64,000 nucleotides of DNA from Zancudomyces culisetae HAW-14-8 (lineage: Eukaryota > Fungi > Kickxellomycota): NCBI GenBank assembly GCA_052426225.1, contig JBNJNM010000013.1, forward strand, positions 1,116,001 to 1,180,000, read 5' to 3'. Below, piece by piece: positions 1 through 10,590 of the stretch; the first letter of the stretch is position 1; each line of letters starts with the position of its first letter. The notes below the pieces were generated by a model. It worked only from the letters and a program-made list of their open reading frames with translations. It did not search any database and had not been told where the DNA came from. The position numbers were made by a program, and so were the translations under genes.

Positions 1-2
1 CA

Positions 3-2732
3 AAGCTATTTTCTAGTAAGATTAAGGAGGTTGAGCAGGAAAGTAACAAGGTGGCCGCCACATATATCAAAAAGATCCAGGACCAGCAGGATGAGATTTC
101 TTTGAAGAACACCATGATAAGTCGGCTTGAAGGTCAAAGCAAATTGGATATAGTGTGTATAGAACGAAAAAATAAAATAATTAGTGATCATGAACAAAAG
201 GCTGAAACAGATGCCAAGCGTACTATAGAGTATGTGAACAAAATAACAGAGCTTGAAGCTGTATATAGGCGTGTATTGTGTCTTGTACAGAGTAAAGTTG
301 ATCATTTAGATTATAAGCTTCTCAGCTTGGATGACAAATGGGCAATGGCCGAAAAAAAGATTTGTAATAGTAGCCAGATTATACAAGAGTTGAAGATGGA
401 AAACAAGCGTTTGTGTTCAGATATCGCGTTGAAAAATGTTAAGATATGCGAACTTGATGCTCTGAATTTGTCGCTGGTGAATGATAATGAAAAACTAGTA
501 ACAATACATACCAGTGTGCTAGAAGAACTGAATAGACAAAAAGAACTAATTGCAACAATTGAGCATGAGCATCAAGCTAAGACTGTCGAGCTTAGCAACG
601 AGCTACTGAATGTAAGGGATGAAAAAGACAACAAAGTAGCCGAGCTTGAACAGAAATTAGCCGATACCTATAAGGCGCATAAACATGACATATCAGAGTT
701 AGTCAAAAGACATGCAATTCAAGAACAGAGTGGTGTAGAGAAAGCTAGCGAACTTGAAACGCAAAACAAAACCCACTTGGACCTCATTAGTACTTTGCAA
801 GCAGAACTAGAAAAATATAACCAGGAGAAAGAGAGGAGAATAGAGGAGAAAAACAGTGAATTGGCTAATGACCGAGTAAAATTTGAAGCTGAAATATCTG
901 AACTATGTACCATCAACGAAAAGTTGAAAAGTGAGAGAGACGAACAAATGGAAAGGGTAAAAGAACTACAGCGCGAAATTATCGATCATCACAACATAAG
1001 TGAGAGCGAAGTCGTCAACCTAAAAAGTGCCAACGAGACGTTGAGGGAAAAAAATAGTGAATTGATTCAGGAGATGAAAATAAAAGCTCAAGAAGAGGAT
1101 AGCAAGCTTAAAGAGATGGAGGCACAGCTTCAAACTAGAATTCAGGACTATGACTCTAAACTTGCCGAGCTGAGAAATACCAATGAAAGTCTGATCTCGG
1201 CGAAGAATGCAAAAATAGAGGAAATCGAAAAGACAAAACAGAGTCATCTTTCCAGAGTGGAGCAGCTGAATCTTGAGATAGACACTGGTAAGAAACTTTT
1301 GCAAAAGCTTGAGGAAGATTTGACATGCACCAAAGCCTCGCTTGATGGTGCAGTTCTGGAAGCAAAAGAGTTGGCGGGCAAAGTAAATGTGCTGCAAAAA
1401 ACTTTGGATGACAGAGACTCGATCGTTCTTGACATGGACAAAAAAATCAAAGAGTACCAAAGAAACGATGTTGAGGTTAAACAAATCGTAGAAACAGCCA
1501 AAAAGCAAATGGAGGACTTGGTAGATCTTAAAAATCAAGAGCTAAAAGAGTTACAGGTGGCCTTTAGCAGTGTACAATCAGAAAAAGACAACGAGCTCGC
1601 TTGCTTACACGCTAATATCGCTGATTTGAAAAAAGAGCTGGAGCAAGCACATACAGAAGTAATGAGGCTCCAGGGGGAAATAAGCAAAGTACACAATAAT
1701 ATGGAGCAAAAGTTATTCGAGGCATCGCAACTACATCAAAATGAGATGGATTCGCTGCGTCAACCGAGCAAAGATCACCACACTGCCAATGCTGATGAAC
1801 ACAATCGGGTAATTGAGTTATATTCTTTGGATCTGTTTGACGCTCATTCTAAGCTGAAAAATGCTTATCGGCAAGCAGAAATAAACGCTAAACTGTCCAC
1901 CTCTTCAAACCAGAATGACCACAAGCTGCAAAAACTCTATTCGCTTGCTGAGCCTGGGTCTGATTTTCTACATTCCTTGCAAAGTTTGACCAACACAATT
2001 AATCACAAATTTTCTAGTATACTTGTCTCCATTAACAAATATGGCAGTAAGAATTCTCAAATACTGAGTGAGATACATCTTCCAAAAAAACTTGCCAGGA
2101 CATCGAACAGCGAATCGTTTGATCTTTGTGCGCCAGTGGATGTTTTAGACGAACTTGTTCCTGCTCTAAACTCGTTCCTCGAAACCATTTCTGCAAATTT
2201 AGACATTCTTCAAAAACTAGCTGCTGAATTGAAAAACACAAAGACGCAAGCATTACAGCAATACCAAATTGGTTCGCAAAAAGAGGCTTTGTCCAACATT
2301 CAGCTCAACCCTGAAAACGCCTCCTCCACCCCAATACCAAGTATGCCTTCTGAGCATCACTCCTCACGAAGCACGATCGATGGTGTGCCGGCACCTGACG
2401 CCACTACCCGTCCTAGCCCCGGTACTTGTGGTAGACGTAAGCGAGCACACGCATCTCTATCCACTATTCTTGGCGGTAGCACTATAACAAAGGTCCCAAT
2501 GATTACAACGGTCAAATCACCGCTTAGTACCCCACCGATACTCATTTCCAAATCTTTTGTAAGCGCTGCAAACTTCAACGATGTCGTTGCTCTCACCCTT
2601 ATTAATGATAAAGACTCTGCACCAGTTGTAGATACTTCATCAACCTCAGTAGAAGTGTCTCCGAATAAAGCCAAAAGGTTAAGAGCATTGGATAAACACA
2701 GCTCTCATTCTTTTTCCAGTCTTCATGAATAG
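3..2732 (+). CDS. Long coiled-coil protein of unknown family, 5'-truncated by the window edge, with an S/T/P-rich disordered C-terminus
   Basis: The frame is open from position 3 (KLFSSKIKEVEQESNKVAAT...), so the GTG at 51 is not a true start. About 600 aa of E/K/L/Q heptad-rich sequence; stop TAG at 2730-2732. Confidence 0.8.
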   Translation, partial: KLFSSKIKEVEQESNKVAATYIKKIQDQQDEISLKNTMISRLEGQSKLDIVCIERKNKIISDHEQKAETDAKRTIEYVNKITELEAVYRRVLCLVQSKVDHLDYKLLSLDDKWAMAEKKICNSSQIIQELKMENKRLCSDIALKNVKICELDALNLSLVNDNEKLVTIHTSVLEELNRQKELIATIEHEHQAKTVELSNELLNVRDEKDNKVAELEQKLADTYKAHKHDISELVKRHAIQEQSGVEKASELETQNKTHLDLISTLQAELEKYNQEKERRIEEKNSELANDRVKFEAEISELCTINEKLKSERDEQMERVKELQREIIDHHNISESEVVNLKSANETLREKNSELIQEMKIKAQEEDSKLKEMEAQLQTRIQDYDSKLAELRNTNESLISAKNAKIEEIEKTKQSHLSRVEQLNLEIDTGKKLLQKLEEDLTCTKASLDGAVLEAKELAGKVNVLQKTLDDRDSIVLDMDKKIKEYQRNDVEVKQIVETAKKQMEDLVDLKNQELKELQVAFSSVQSEKDNELACLHANIADLKKELEQAHTEVMRLQGEISKVHNNMEQKLFEASQLHQNEMDSLRQPSKDHHTANADEHNRVIELYSLDLFDAHSKLKNAYRQAEINAKLSTSSNQNDHKLQKLYSLAEPGSDFLHSLQSLTNTINHKFSSILVSINKYGSKNSQILSEIHLPKKLARTSNSESFDLCAPVDVLDELVPALNSFLETISANLDILQKLAAELKNTKTQALQQYQIGSQKEALSNIQLNPENASSTPIPSMPSEHHSSRSTIDGVPAPDATTRPSPGTCGRRKRAHASLSTILGGSTITKVPMITTVKSPLSTPPILISKSFVSAANFNDVVALTLINDKDSAPVVDTSSTSVEVSPNKAKRLRALDKHSSHSFSSLHE

Positions 2733-3135
2733 GACCATCTATTTTGGTTTACACGTATAACCCTACTTTTTACATCTTTATATCACCGATTTTATCTTTG
2801 TTTTTTCTCTTCCTCACCCTTTGTATTTGTCTGAATGATATAGGAAGGAATACAACATTCCCCTCCCTCTACAAATGCCACATGACAATTTTGTAGATAA
2901 AAGTAATTTCTTTGACTCTGTTTATTATATAAGCGTAACCTCGCTTTTAATACATTGTCAACTCTATAAATCCTCAAGAGACAGGGTTATTGTCCATGTT
3001 TCGACTTTAGTTTATTAACGTGGCGCGAAAATCTAAATAAAAAGTGAATACAAAACCAGTAAAACTAACAAAACAGCATTGGTAACTTTGTCTAAGCATA
3101 TCCCATGAACGCTACCCACCTCAATGTCCCTTTCT

Positions 3136-4476
3136 TCAGTTTCTTTCATAGTGATAACCCAATCTCAACATTTGTGCTTCAAATATGTTCTCACAGAACA
3201 TGTAATCAACACCCAACTCGAAAAAGTGGTACAACTCCTCGCGTTTATTGCTTGGACAAAATGAATCGCGGTCTGTGTCCCTGGCAAAGTTAATGCCTCT
3301 TTTAATCTTTTCAAACATGGTGCTTCTTTTCTGTACAGCAACGCTCGAGCTTTTACCTTTATCTTGCTGACAAATTAGCCCATTCGCTTGCTTTGAATCA
3401 TAGTGTGTGTATGTTGAAACTGCAATACCGTTGGCGTGACAGGCGCTGACTATTCCCTTTGGTGTTAGAAATCCTCCCATAGCTTTGATCTCATCTTCAT
3501 TATATTTATTTCCCTTTGATTTGAAGTACTTCTCTGGTCCAGATACGAGGAAATTCTTGTTGAATCCAAAGACATCTACAACACCTGCAAGCTGTTGAAT
3601 TCCCTTTGGTGTGTATAAATGAGGTGTATCCTGGTCAAGATATAATAGGGGGATGCTGGTGACTCCTTTTAGGTAGGTAATGGTATCGAGATCAAAAGAC
3701 TGGATTCCTGCTACCTTATTTTCATTTCTGAATTTTGGTTCTATATTGACAGCATAATCAAGAAGGTTCTTTCCATCAAAATTATCAAAAACATTTGGTG
3801 CTTTAAAACCTTCAGGTTGTTTTGTAACGTTATATCCATGCTTTTCGAATAGTCCCAACACTATTTTCTCAAAGTGTCTATCCACCTTTCCTGTTTTGTT
3901 TGCAATAATTTCGTTGAAAATCTCTGGTGATTTAAGCTCAGGAACCACCCCAAAGGACTTGTTATTGTGTATCATCTTTAGTCTTTCAATATCGACCAAG
4001 TATTCCTCAAAAGTTGGAATATGAAATACGTTGTTTAAATAATCAGTACATTGTTTACATGTTTTCTCTCTGACGTTGTAGAGCTGTTTTAGCTCTGCGT
4101 AGTCAAAGTCAAAAACATACCAGTCAGTCTCATTGAAGCTAGTATATTTCCCATCGTATACAAAGTGTCTCTTACGATCTGCAAACTGGGGTAGATCCTG
4201 GATGTTTGTGTTTCGGCCCAGGCCCAGATCGTGTACTATCACAACCACACCATCTCTGGTCATCACTAGATCTGGTTCAATATATTCTGCCCCCTCAAAA
4301 GCTGCCAATTCATAGCTGCCAAGTGTGTGTTCAGGCATGTAAGCCTTCTCTCCCCTGTGCCCCAGGATTATGCTTGGCTTTCCATCAAGTGTGTTCCACT
4401 GGCATCCAGAGTGACTTTTACCACTAACTGCCTGTAGGCTGTACAGGGCTGCTAACACTCCCAAATTTAGATACAT
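3136..4476 (-). CDS. Glycerophosphodiester phosphodiesterase (GDPD/GlpQ-like), probably secreted
   Basis: Motifs ILGHRGEKAYMPEHTLGSY, EYIEPDLVMTRDG..VHD, PTFEEY, PELKSP, IQSFD and GVDYMF; hydrophobic N-terminal signal peptide MYLNLGVLAALYSLQAVSG. Confidence 0.92.
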   Translation of the reverse strand: MYLNLGVLAALYSLQAVSGKSHSGCQWNTLDGKPSIILGHRGEKAYMPEHTLGSYELAAFEGAEYIEPDLVMTRDGVVVIVHDLGLGRNTNIQDLPQFADRKRHFVYDGKYTSFNETDWYVFDFDYAELKQLYNVREKTCKQCTDYLNNVFHIPTFEEYLVDIERLKMIHNNKSFGVVPELKSPEIFNEIIANKTGKVDRHFEKIVLGLFEKHGYNVTKQPEGFKAPNVFDNFDGKNLLDYAVNIEPKFRNENKVAGIQSFDLDTITYLKGVTSIPLLYLDQDTPHLYTPKGIQQLAGVVDVFGFNKNFLVSGPEKYFKSKGNKYNEDEIKAMGGFLTPKGIVSACHANGIAVSTYTHYDSKQANGLICQQDKGKSSSVAVQKRSTMFEKIKRGINFARDTDRDSFCPSNKREELYHFFELGVDYMFCENIFEAQMLRLGYHYERN

Positions 4477-6557
4477 TTCCGTTTGCTTTGCTGATCTGTT
4501 TAGCTGTTATGTTATTCCTCTTAATAAGCTGCGACTGTGAAAGGAATTTATGAACTATAATAATTCTTGCGTTCTTTGTGTTTCCTTTTATAAGCATTCG
4601 GGGTTTCCGTCGTCTTTTCAATACACTACAACGTTTTTTTTTTTCCACTTCTTTCCTTTTCTTTCTTTATTTGATCTTTCAGATGTGTGTTTCATCAGGG
4701 GTTGTTTATTCCGGAAGACCCACAATTATCCGCTTCAAGAAAAAGCTTGAGTACATGAATAGCTCTTTGGTCCACTCTCTTTGGTTCACTCTCTTTGGTT
4801 AATACTCAAAGTAACTTTCCCATATGATGTGTTGATAGATCTCTTTTTTTTTTGTTAGATAGATGTGATACATGAGAGTTTTCTGTTACGTCTACTAAAT
4901 GTAATTTGAAGGATAAATCGTCGTAGTTTATTTTCGCACCAATAGCTCGTGGCTTTTTTTTTTCACTACCGCAATTTCACGTTCAGAGATTTTCATTTCA
5001 CTACGACCAGACAAATCAGTAGCAGTACCACAACAATAAGAGGCTGTAAATGTTCAGCTAAACGACCACGTTGCGAATTACTCGGAGATGTACTCTATTT
5101 CTCCAATTAGATAGCAAGTTGAGCGGAAAGAAGCACAGCAGTCAAGTTTACTAGTGTAATGTGTTCTGTGTTGTAAGATTAGACCTTAGGTATTATCTAT
5201 TTAAATATTTGTCACAGCTTTCTTCTCTACGCACCAAATCAGTTGTAAAGTAAAGCCATTGAAAAAATAATTTAAAGTTCGCCACTTTTGTTTTTGTGGA
5301 ATGAACTGCATTTGTAAGAGGTACACGAAACCACACCAAATCAAATCACATCATATCAAAACAAAAAAAGCTAGCTGTGAGTGCACGTGTGAATAGTTAA
5401 CCCAACCATCTTACCCATTGTCAATCTTTCTATTCCCCGCCTGGAACCATCTATTGAGGTTTATTTTAAAATGAATAGGCGTGCCTATACTTTTGTATCG
5501 CGTTTTTCTGACACATTTGTTATCTACTACAACCATCTGGAATCAGTATTATCAGGTACAACCTCTCATTTGGTTGTACACAACTGAAAGTATATCTTAG
5601 CCAATGAATCATCAAGGGTAAAGTCACAATTCTTTAAATTTTTAATCAATCTTCTGTTAGTTCTTATTCATGTTTTCCAGTATTAAAAAACACGATATAT
5701 TGGGTATACTTAATTATATGAGCGTCTTCATACCCTTCCCAAACTGTAAGGCTAGCGCCGCGCCATTTTTAATCTATTTCTTGATTTTACACCACAATAC
5801 TAACTTTTCAGGTTTTACCTGTATCTGTGTAAAGACTACAATATTCTCACCCTACTCACCCTACTCACCCTTCTTATCTTAAAAAAATCATTACCTGAGT
5901 ATTACCTTTGTAAATAAAATCAAGGCAAACTCACTATTTGGAACCAGTACTTTTACACAACTTAATATTTCTCGCTTTTTTTTTAATATATGCCTTATTT
6001 ATTGATTTTGTTAATTTGATTTTCTCTACCTAGGGGTAATACTGAGGTTGGGCCTTTGGGGCAAAATAAGAACTCGTATGTAATCAGGCGGGGAACTTTT
6101 CTCTATTTAGAAGGTTTCGTATTTACATCTCCCTCATATACCTGTTTAGTAAATTATCCTATGAAGAAAAGTTGAATCAACTAATTTTAATCTATACTTT
6201 TGGGACATTTGCACAGCATTGGGTTAAAAATAAAGCGTGAAAGGCCGAATTTGTCTCTTCAGTACTATGCTTAACTTTATAATACTGGTTCTATATTATA
6301 GCAATAACGCACAATGCTGTAAACCAAATTAATGCAAAGTTAATGAAGCTAAAAAAAAAGAGATGCGACTATTTAAGACGACCCTTGGAGACATCTTTTC
6401 TAGTTTCTCCTCTTTCTTTTTTCCCTTTACGCTTCATTTTTATCTCCTATTGATTCACATATTTCACAACCCCCAGACATAAAAAATCGAGCTACATTCA
6501 ATATATTCGAATTAAATAAATATAAGGGTACCATAATTATAACATTCATAGTATAAA

Positions 6558-8051
6558 ATGAACAAGGCAAAAATTATAAATTTTTTAAAAACACTATACG
6601 TGAGAAAATCGATTGAAGATGTGCTTGCGGAATGTGACAAGTCCAAGCTTAGCAAAAACTTAGGAATGTTGGATCTCATATGCATTGGAATCGGTGCTAC
6701 TATTGGAGCAGGAATATTTGTCCTTACAGGTATGGTTTCAGCGGACGTAACAGGACCAGCATCGTGTATATCATTTATCATAGCTGCAATCGCATCAATG
6801 TTAACAGCATTCTCGTATGCAGAAATGGCCTCCATGATTCCTTCATCAGGGTCGGCATATGCGTATACGCTCTCATCTCTAGGCGAGTTTACTGCATGGA
6901 TAGTATTTTGGAATATACTGTTGGAATTTATTGTTGGTTCGGCAACAATAGCATCCAGTTGGTCAACATATTTAAATGAAACTTTGCATAGCATATTCAA
7001 TGTGAGCATCCCAAGCACTATATCACAAGCACCGATATATTTTGAAACAGGATCAGGCTCATTTCATGTAGGAGAGGCATATTTAAATATACCAGGGATT
7101 GTTATATCCTTGCTTATAACGGCTATTTTAGTCATTGGTATAAGCGAATCGAAAACCGCAAACAATATTATTGTAGCCATAAAACTCATAACTATATGTA
7201 TATTCATATTCGGTGGAATAAAATACATCAACCATGACAATTATATCCCGTTTGTGCCTGAAAGAAAAAACGGCAAGTATGGAGCAGTTGGCGTAATAAC
7301 AGGTGCACAGAGACTCTTCATGGCGTACATAGGCTTCGATGCTGTTTCTACCGCAGCACAAGAAGCGAAAAATCCCAAAAGAGACGTTCCTATTGGAATA
7401 ATCGTTTCTTTATTGGTGTGTCTGATTGTCTACGTCTCACTATCCGTAGTACTTACAGGTATAGCTAAATATAACACATTAAGTGGTATTGCAATATCTC
7501 ATATCTTTTCTGAACTTCCTGGAGGAAAGTGGCTTCAAATAAGCGTATCTCTGGGTGCATTAGCAGGTTTAACATCCGCTTGTCTTGTATGTATAATGGC
7601 TGCATCAAGGCTTTTTATGTGTGTTGCAAACGATGGATTACTGCCAGGCTTTTTCATGCGAGTACATCACAGATTCAAAACACCATACATATCAACTCTT
7701 GTGGTGGGGATAATGGTAGCTATTTTTTCTGGATTTCTCCCAATATCCGTACTTTCAGATATGACATCATCGGGAGCACTGGTAGTATTCTGTTTTGTCA
7801 ATATTGGTGTTATGGTGTTAGGGAAAGTGTCCCCAGAGGCAGAAAGGCCGTACAAAGTCCCATTTGGTTCTTACATTCTACCCGGAGTAGGAGCAGTTAT
7901 CACATTTAGTTTGCTTTTGATGGCCGAAAATTTAACCAGGATACAAATGAGCATTTGGTTCGCGCTGGGTTGTATCGTTTATTTTATCTCCTCCCGGAGG
8001 GGTTCGCGGTTGCTCCATTGTACAAAACATGACTCAGCCACCAGTGAATAG
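6558..8051 (+). CDS. APC-superfamily amino-acid permease, cationic amino-acid transporter (CAT)/YfnA-like
   Basis: TM1 motif GIGATIGAGIFVLTG, GPA..SFIIA, SYAEMASMIPSSGSAYAY, AYIGFDAVSTAAQEAKNPKRDVPIGI; about 12 hydrophobic segments; intronless, 497 aa. Confidence 0.93.
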   Translation: MNKAKIINFLKTLYVRKSIEDVLAECDKSKLSKNLGMLDLICIGIGATIGAGIFVLTGMVSADVTGPASCISFIIAAIASMLTAFSYAEMASMIPSSGSAYAYTLSSLGEFTAWIVFWNILLEFIVGSATIASSWSTYLNETLHSIFNVSIPSTISQAPIYFETGSGSFHVGEAYLNIPGIVISLLITAILVIGISESKTANNIIVAIKLITICIFIFGGIKYINHDNYIPFVPERKNGKYGAVGVITGAQRLFMAYIGFDAVSTAAQEAKNPKRDVPIGIIVSLLVCLIVYVSLSVVLTGIAKYNTLSGIAISHIFSELPGGKWLQISVSLGALAGLTSACLVCIMAASRLFMCVANDGLLPGFFMRVHHRFKTPYISTLVVGIMVAIFSGFLPISVLSDMTSSGALVVFCFVNIGVMVLGKVSPEAERPYKVPFGSYILPGVGAVITFSLLLMAENLTRIQMSIWFALGCIVYFISSRRGSRLLHCTKHDSATSE

Positions 8052-10590
8052 TTATTTATTAGTCACGTATTATCGTATTAGTTATGCTTGTACAAACAGA
8101 TGCCACCAGCTAATTTGAAACAATGTTTTATTTTTGAGCGCGGTACGCCCAGTTTAGATAAAGATATTCTTTTGTGGCTGATACAAAATGGAAACAGGTA
8201 CTGATAACTTGCGAGTGTTGTTTGGTGGTACTTATTTCAAGACTAATAAGAGAACTTTAGAAGTGCAAATGGTACAGTGGCGAATGTTTTATCTGCACAA
8301 AAAAAAACGGTAATGCTGTTGCACATATAATTTTTCGTTTTGTGAAATCTGCTAATTCAAAATTTCTTGAAACCAACTCTGATATTTTAATTTATTTTCT
8401 TTTTTCTCTGTTGGTACATGCTTCAAGAACCTCGCAACTAATACTGGCTTGAATTGGCATGTAATATTGTCTTAATTAATCAATTATATCCAACAATTAG
8501 TCATGTTTCGGTATATTTTAGACCACTAGCAAGTAATTAACAGTTGTAAAAATAGGCGTACATCTTTTCCACCTATAGTTTTTTTTATTTTCATCCATAA
8601 ATCTGTGTTAGTTCTATTTTTTCATTTAGATAATTCTATTTAAATTGAAAACATCTTTATAAAATTAATACTCTAAACTATTTCGGAATTATAAATGATT
8701 ATAAAGGGAGGAAATTGCTTTGAATATAGCCTTTCTTGGATGACTTTAAATGTATTTATAACCCAACGGGTATTTAGAGTTTGTAGTTTAGATGATATAC
8801 AGAGGTTAATGTATATTATGCTTATCACCGGCATTTTCTAAACAGAGATGCACACATACAAAAAAACAAAAAGCTCCAATCTACTCCAATGGAAATGCAA
8901 CAAACACATATTTATGACTTGTATCAGTTTGTAATTTTGTTGTTTTCCGACTTTTTTGTATCATCGCTTATTATTAACCTTTACTAAATAAGTAACTAGC
9001 TAACTAGCTCTCAACTTTCTCACCTTCCATTTGCTAAATTGTTATAATAAAGGGAGTACTCCTTTTCTCATTTATCCTTATCTTTGTCTTCTGACAATTT
9101 ATCCAAGTAGTGTTGATTATAATCATGGCGAGTAACTATTATCGGCTACAAAAACTTGTTTTTTTTTGCACATCACTCATGGAATGATAGCCTCCATCCT
9201 TGTACACAGATTTGAATTTTTTTTAAAGCATATTGAACATAAAAATGTAGAAAACTGGTAAAATATGATCGTAAAGATCAAGAAAAAGGTATGTTAACTG
9301 TGCGAAAATATCCTAAGTTTTGAATCAGAACATAAAAAAAACTTGCACTAAAATTTAGGGTAAATAAGCCGAGTCTTATCTGTAAACCATTTCGACGTGT
9401 AAACAATGCCCTGTCCACATCCAAGGGGTTTATTTACATATGTAGCACTACGTACCAAAGCTTGAGTCAGTGAAAAAATACCAGCTAGATACCCAAGAAT
9501 GCGAATAGGTGTATGCATAACACCAATTGCTCTTTATTTAAATAATTGGGGTTGTGAACTTCCCATGGGTTAATTAATTACCACTTTTTTAAAAAAAAAG
9601 AATCTCATAAATTATACCAAAGCTGTTATTTTTTTGTTTTCTAGTATAAAAGCTTTCAGCTTATGTATAAGCCCAACTTTGTGAACATAAAAGGAAATTT
9701 TTGTTTGTTTCTAGAAGCTTAAATAAAGAGCACCATTTAGCTTTTTGTTAGTAGCGAATAACTCGCTTATAAATTGAAGCTAATTTACCTGATGTGAATT
9801 ATATAAGCATTAATATCTAAAAATAGCAAAATTTAAAATTTTATAAACTCGGCACAACAAAAGGCACAAGTATAGAGCAGAGGTTGGAAGCTAAAATTAC
9901 CATAACAAAAAAAAAGTATTATGTAAGGGTTATGTAATGAAAAGAACAAATATTGATACTGTATTCGCCAGTTCTGAATATGAACATGGTAGCTTTCAAA
10001 TGGTTATGCCAAAATTTTTGCTAAAATTTCCGAACATTTACCTGAGGGATTGATACGAAAACCGAAATGTACAGTTCTGAAATTACTTAAGCAAAAAATC
10101 TTGTTTTATCTTTCCTCCCATGTTCAATACTAAGATCAATCAGCAATAAGCGTAAAAATGGATATATCAAAGTAAATAATAGTTACTATCGCTTAAAGGC
10201 AAGTTATCGAGATATCAAAAATGCGAAATAGGGAAAATGAACTAAAACGAAGCCATAGCAAAAATTGTGCATTGCCCAACGATTTTATAATAAAAACAAA
10301 AGGTAAATAAAACCTCTAAAATAACGAAAGTTTTACACGACTGACCGTACCCTACAAAAGAAAGGGTAGTCATAAGGTCATACGTGGCATCATTACTGTA
10401 CCCACAATGCAAAAAACACGCTCCTCATTCCTCTCTTCATTTCCGGCGTGGATAAGTTTGCTTTCGGTCTTTTGATAGGCATACGAAAACAACTAATATT
10501 CTCCTAACTTCTTTTTATCCTTAAAATGTTTTGTAAATAGATATAAACGTTGTAAATAAAAACGGAGTATCTAGAAATGCTGAGTATTCC

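Noticed and set aside
4920-5007. 8-bp inverted repeat GTCGTAGT/ACTACGAC enclosing ATGA and CTGA on the minus strand (possible SECIS or snoRNA)
   Set aside because: No SECIS helix II, no proper C box or terminal D box, and it lies upstream of a gene rather than in a 3' UTR.
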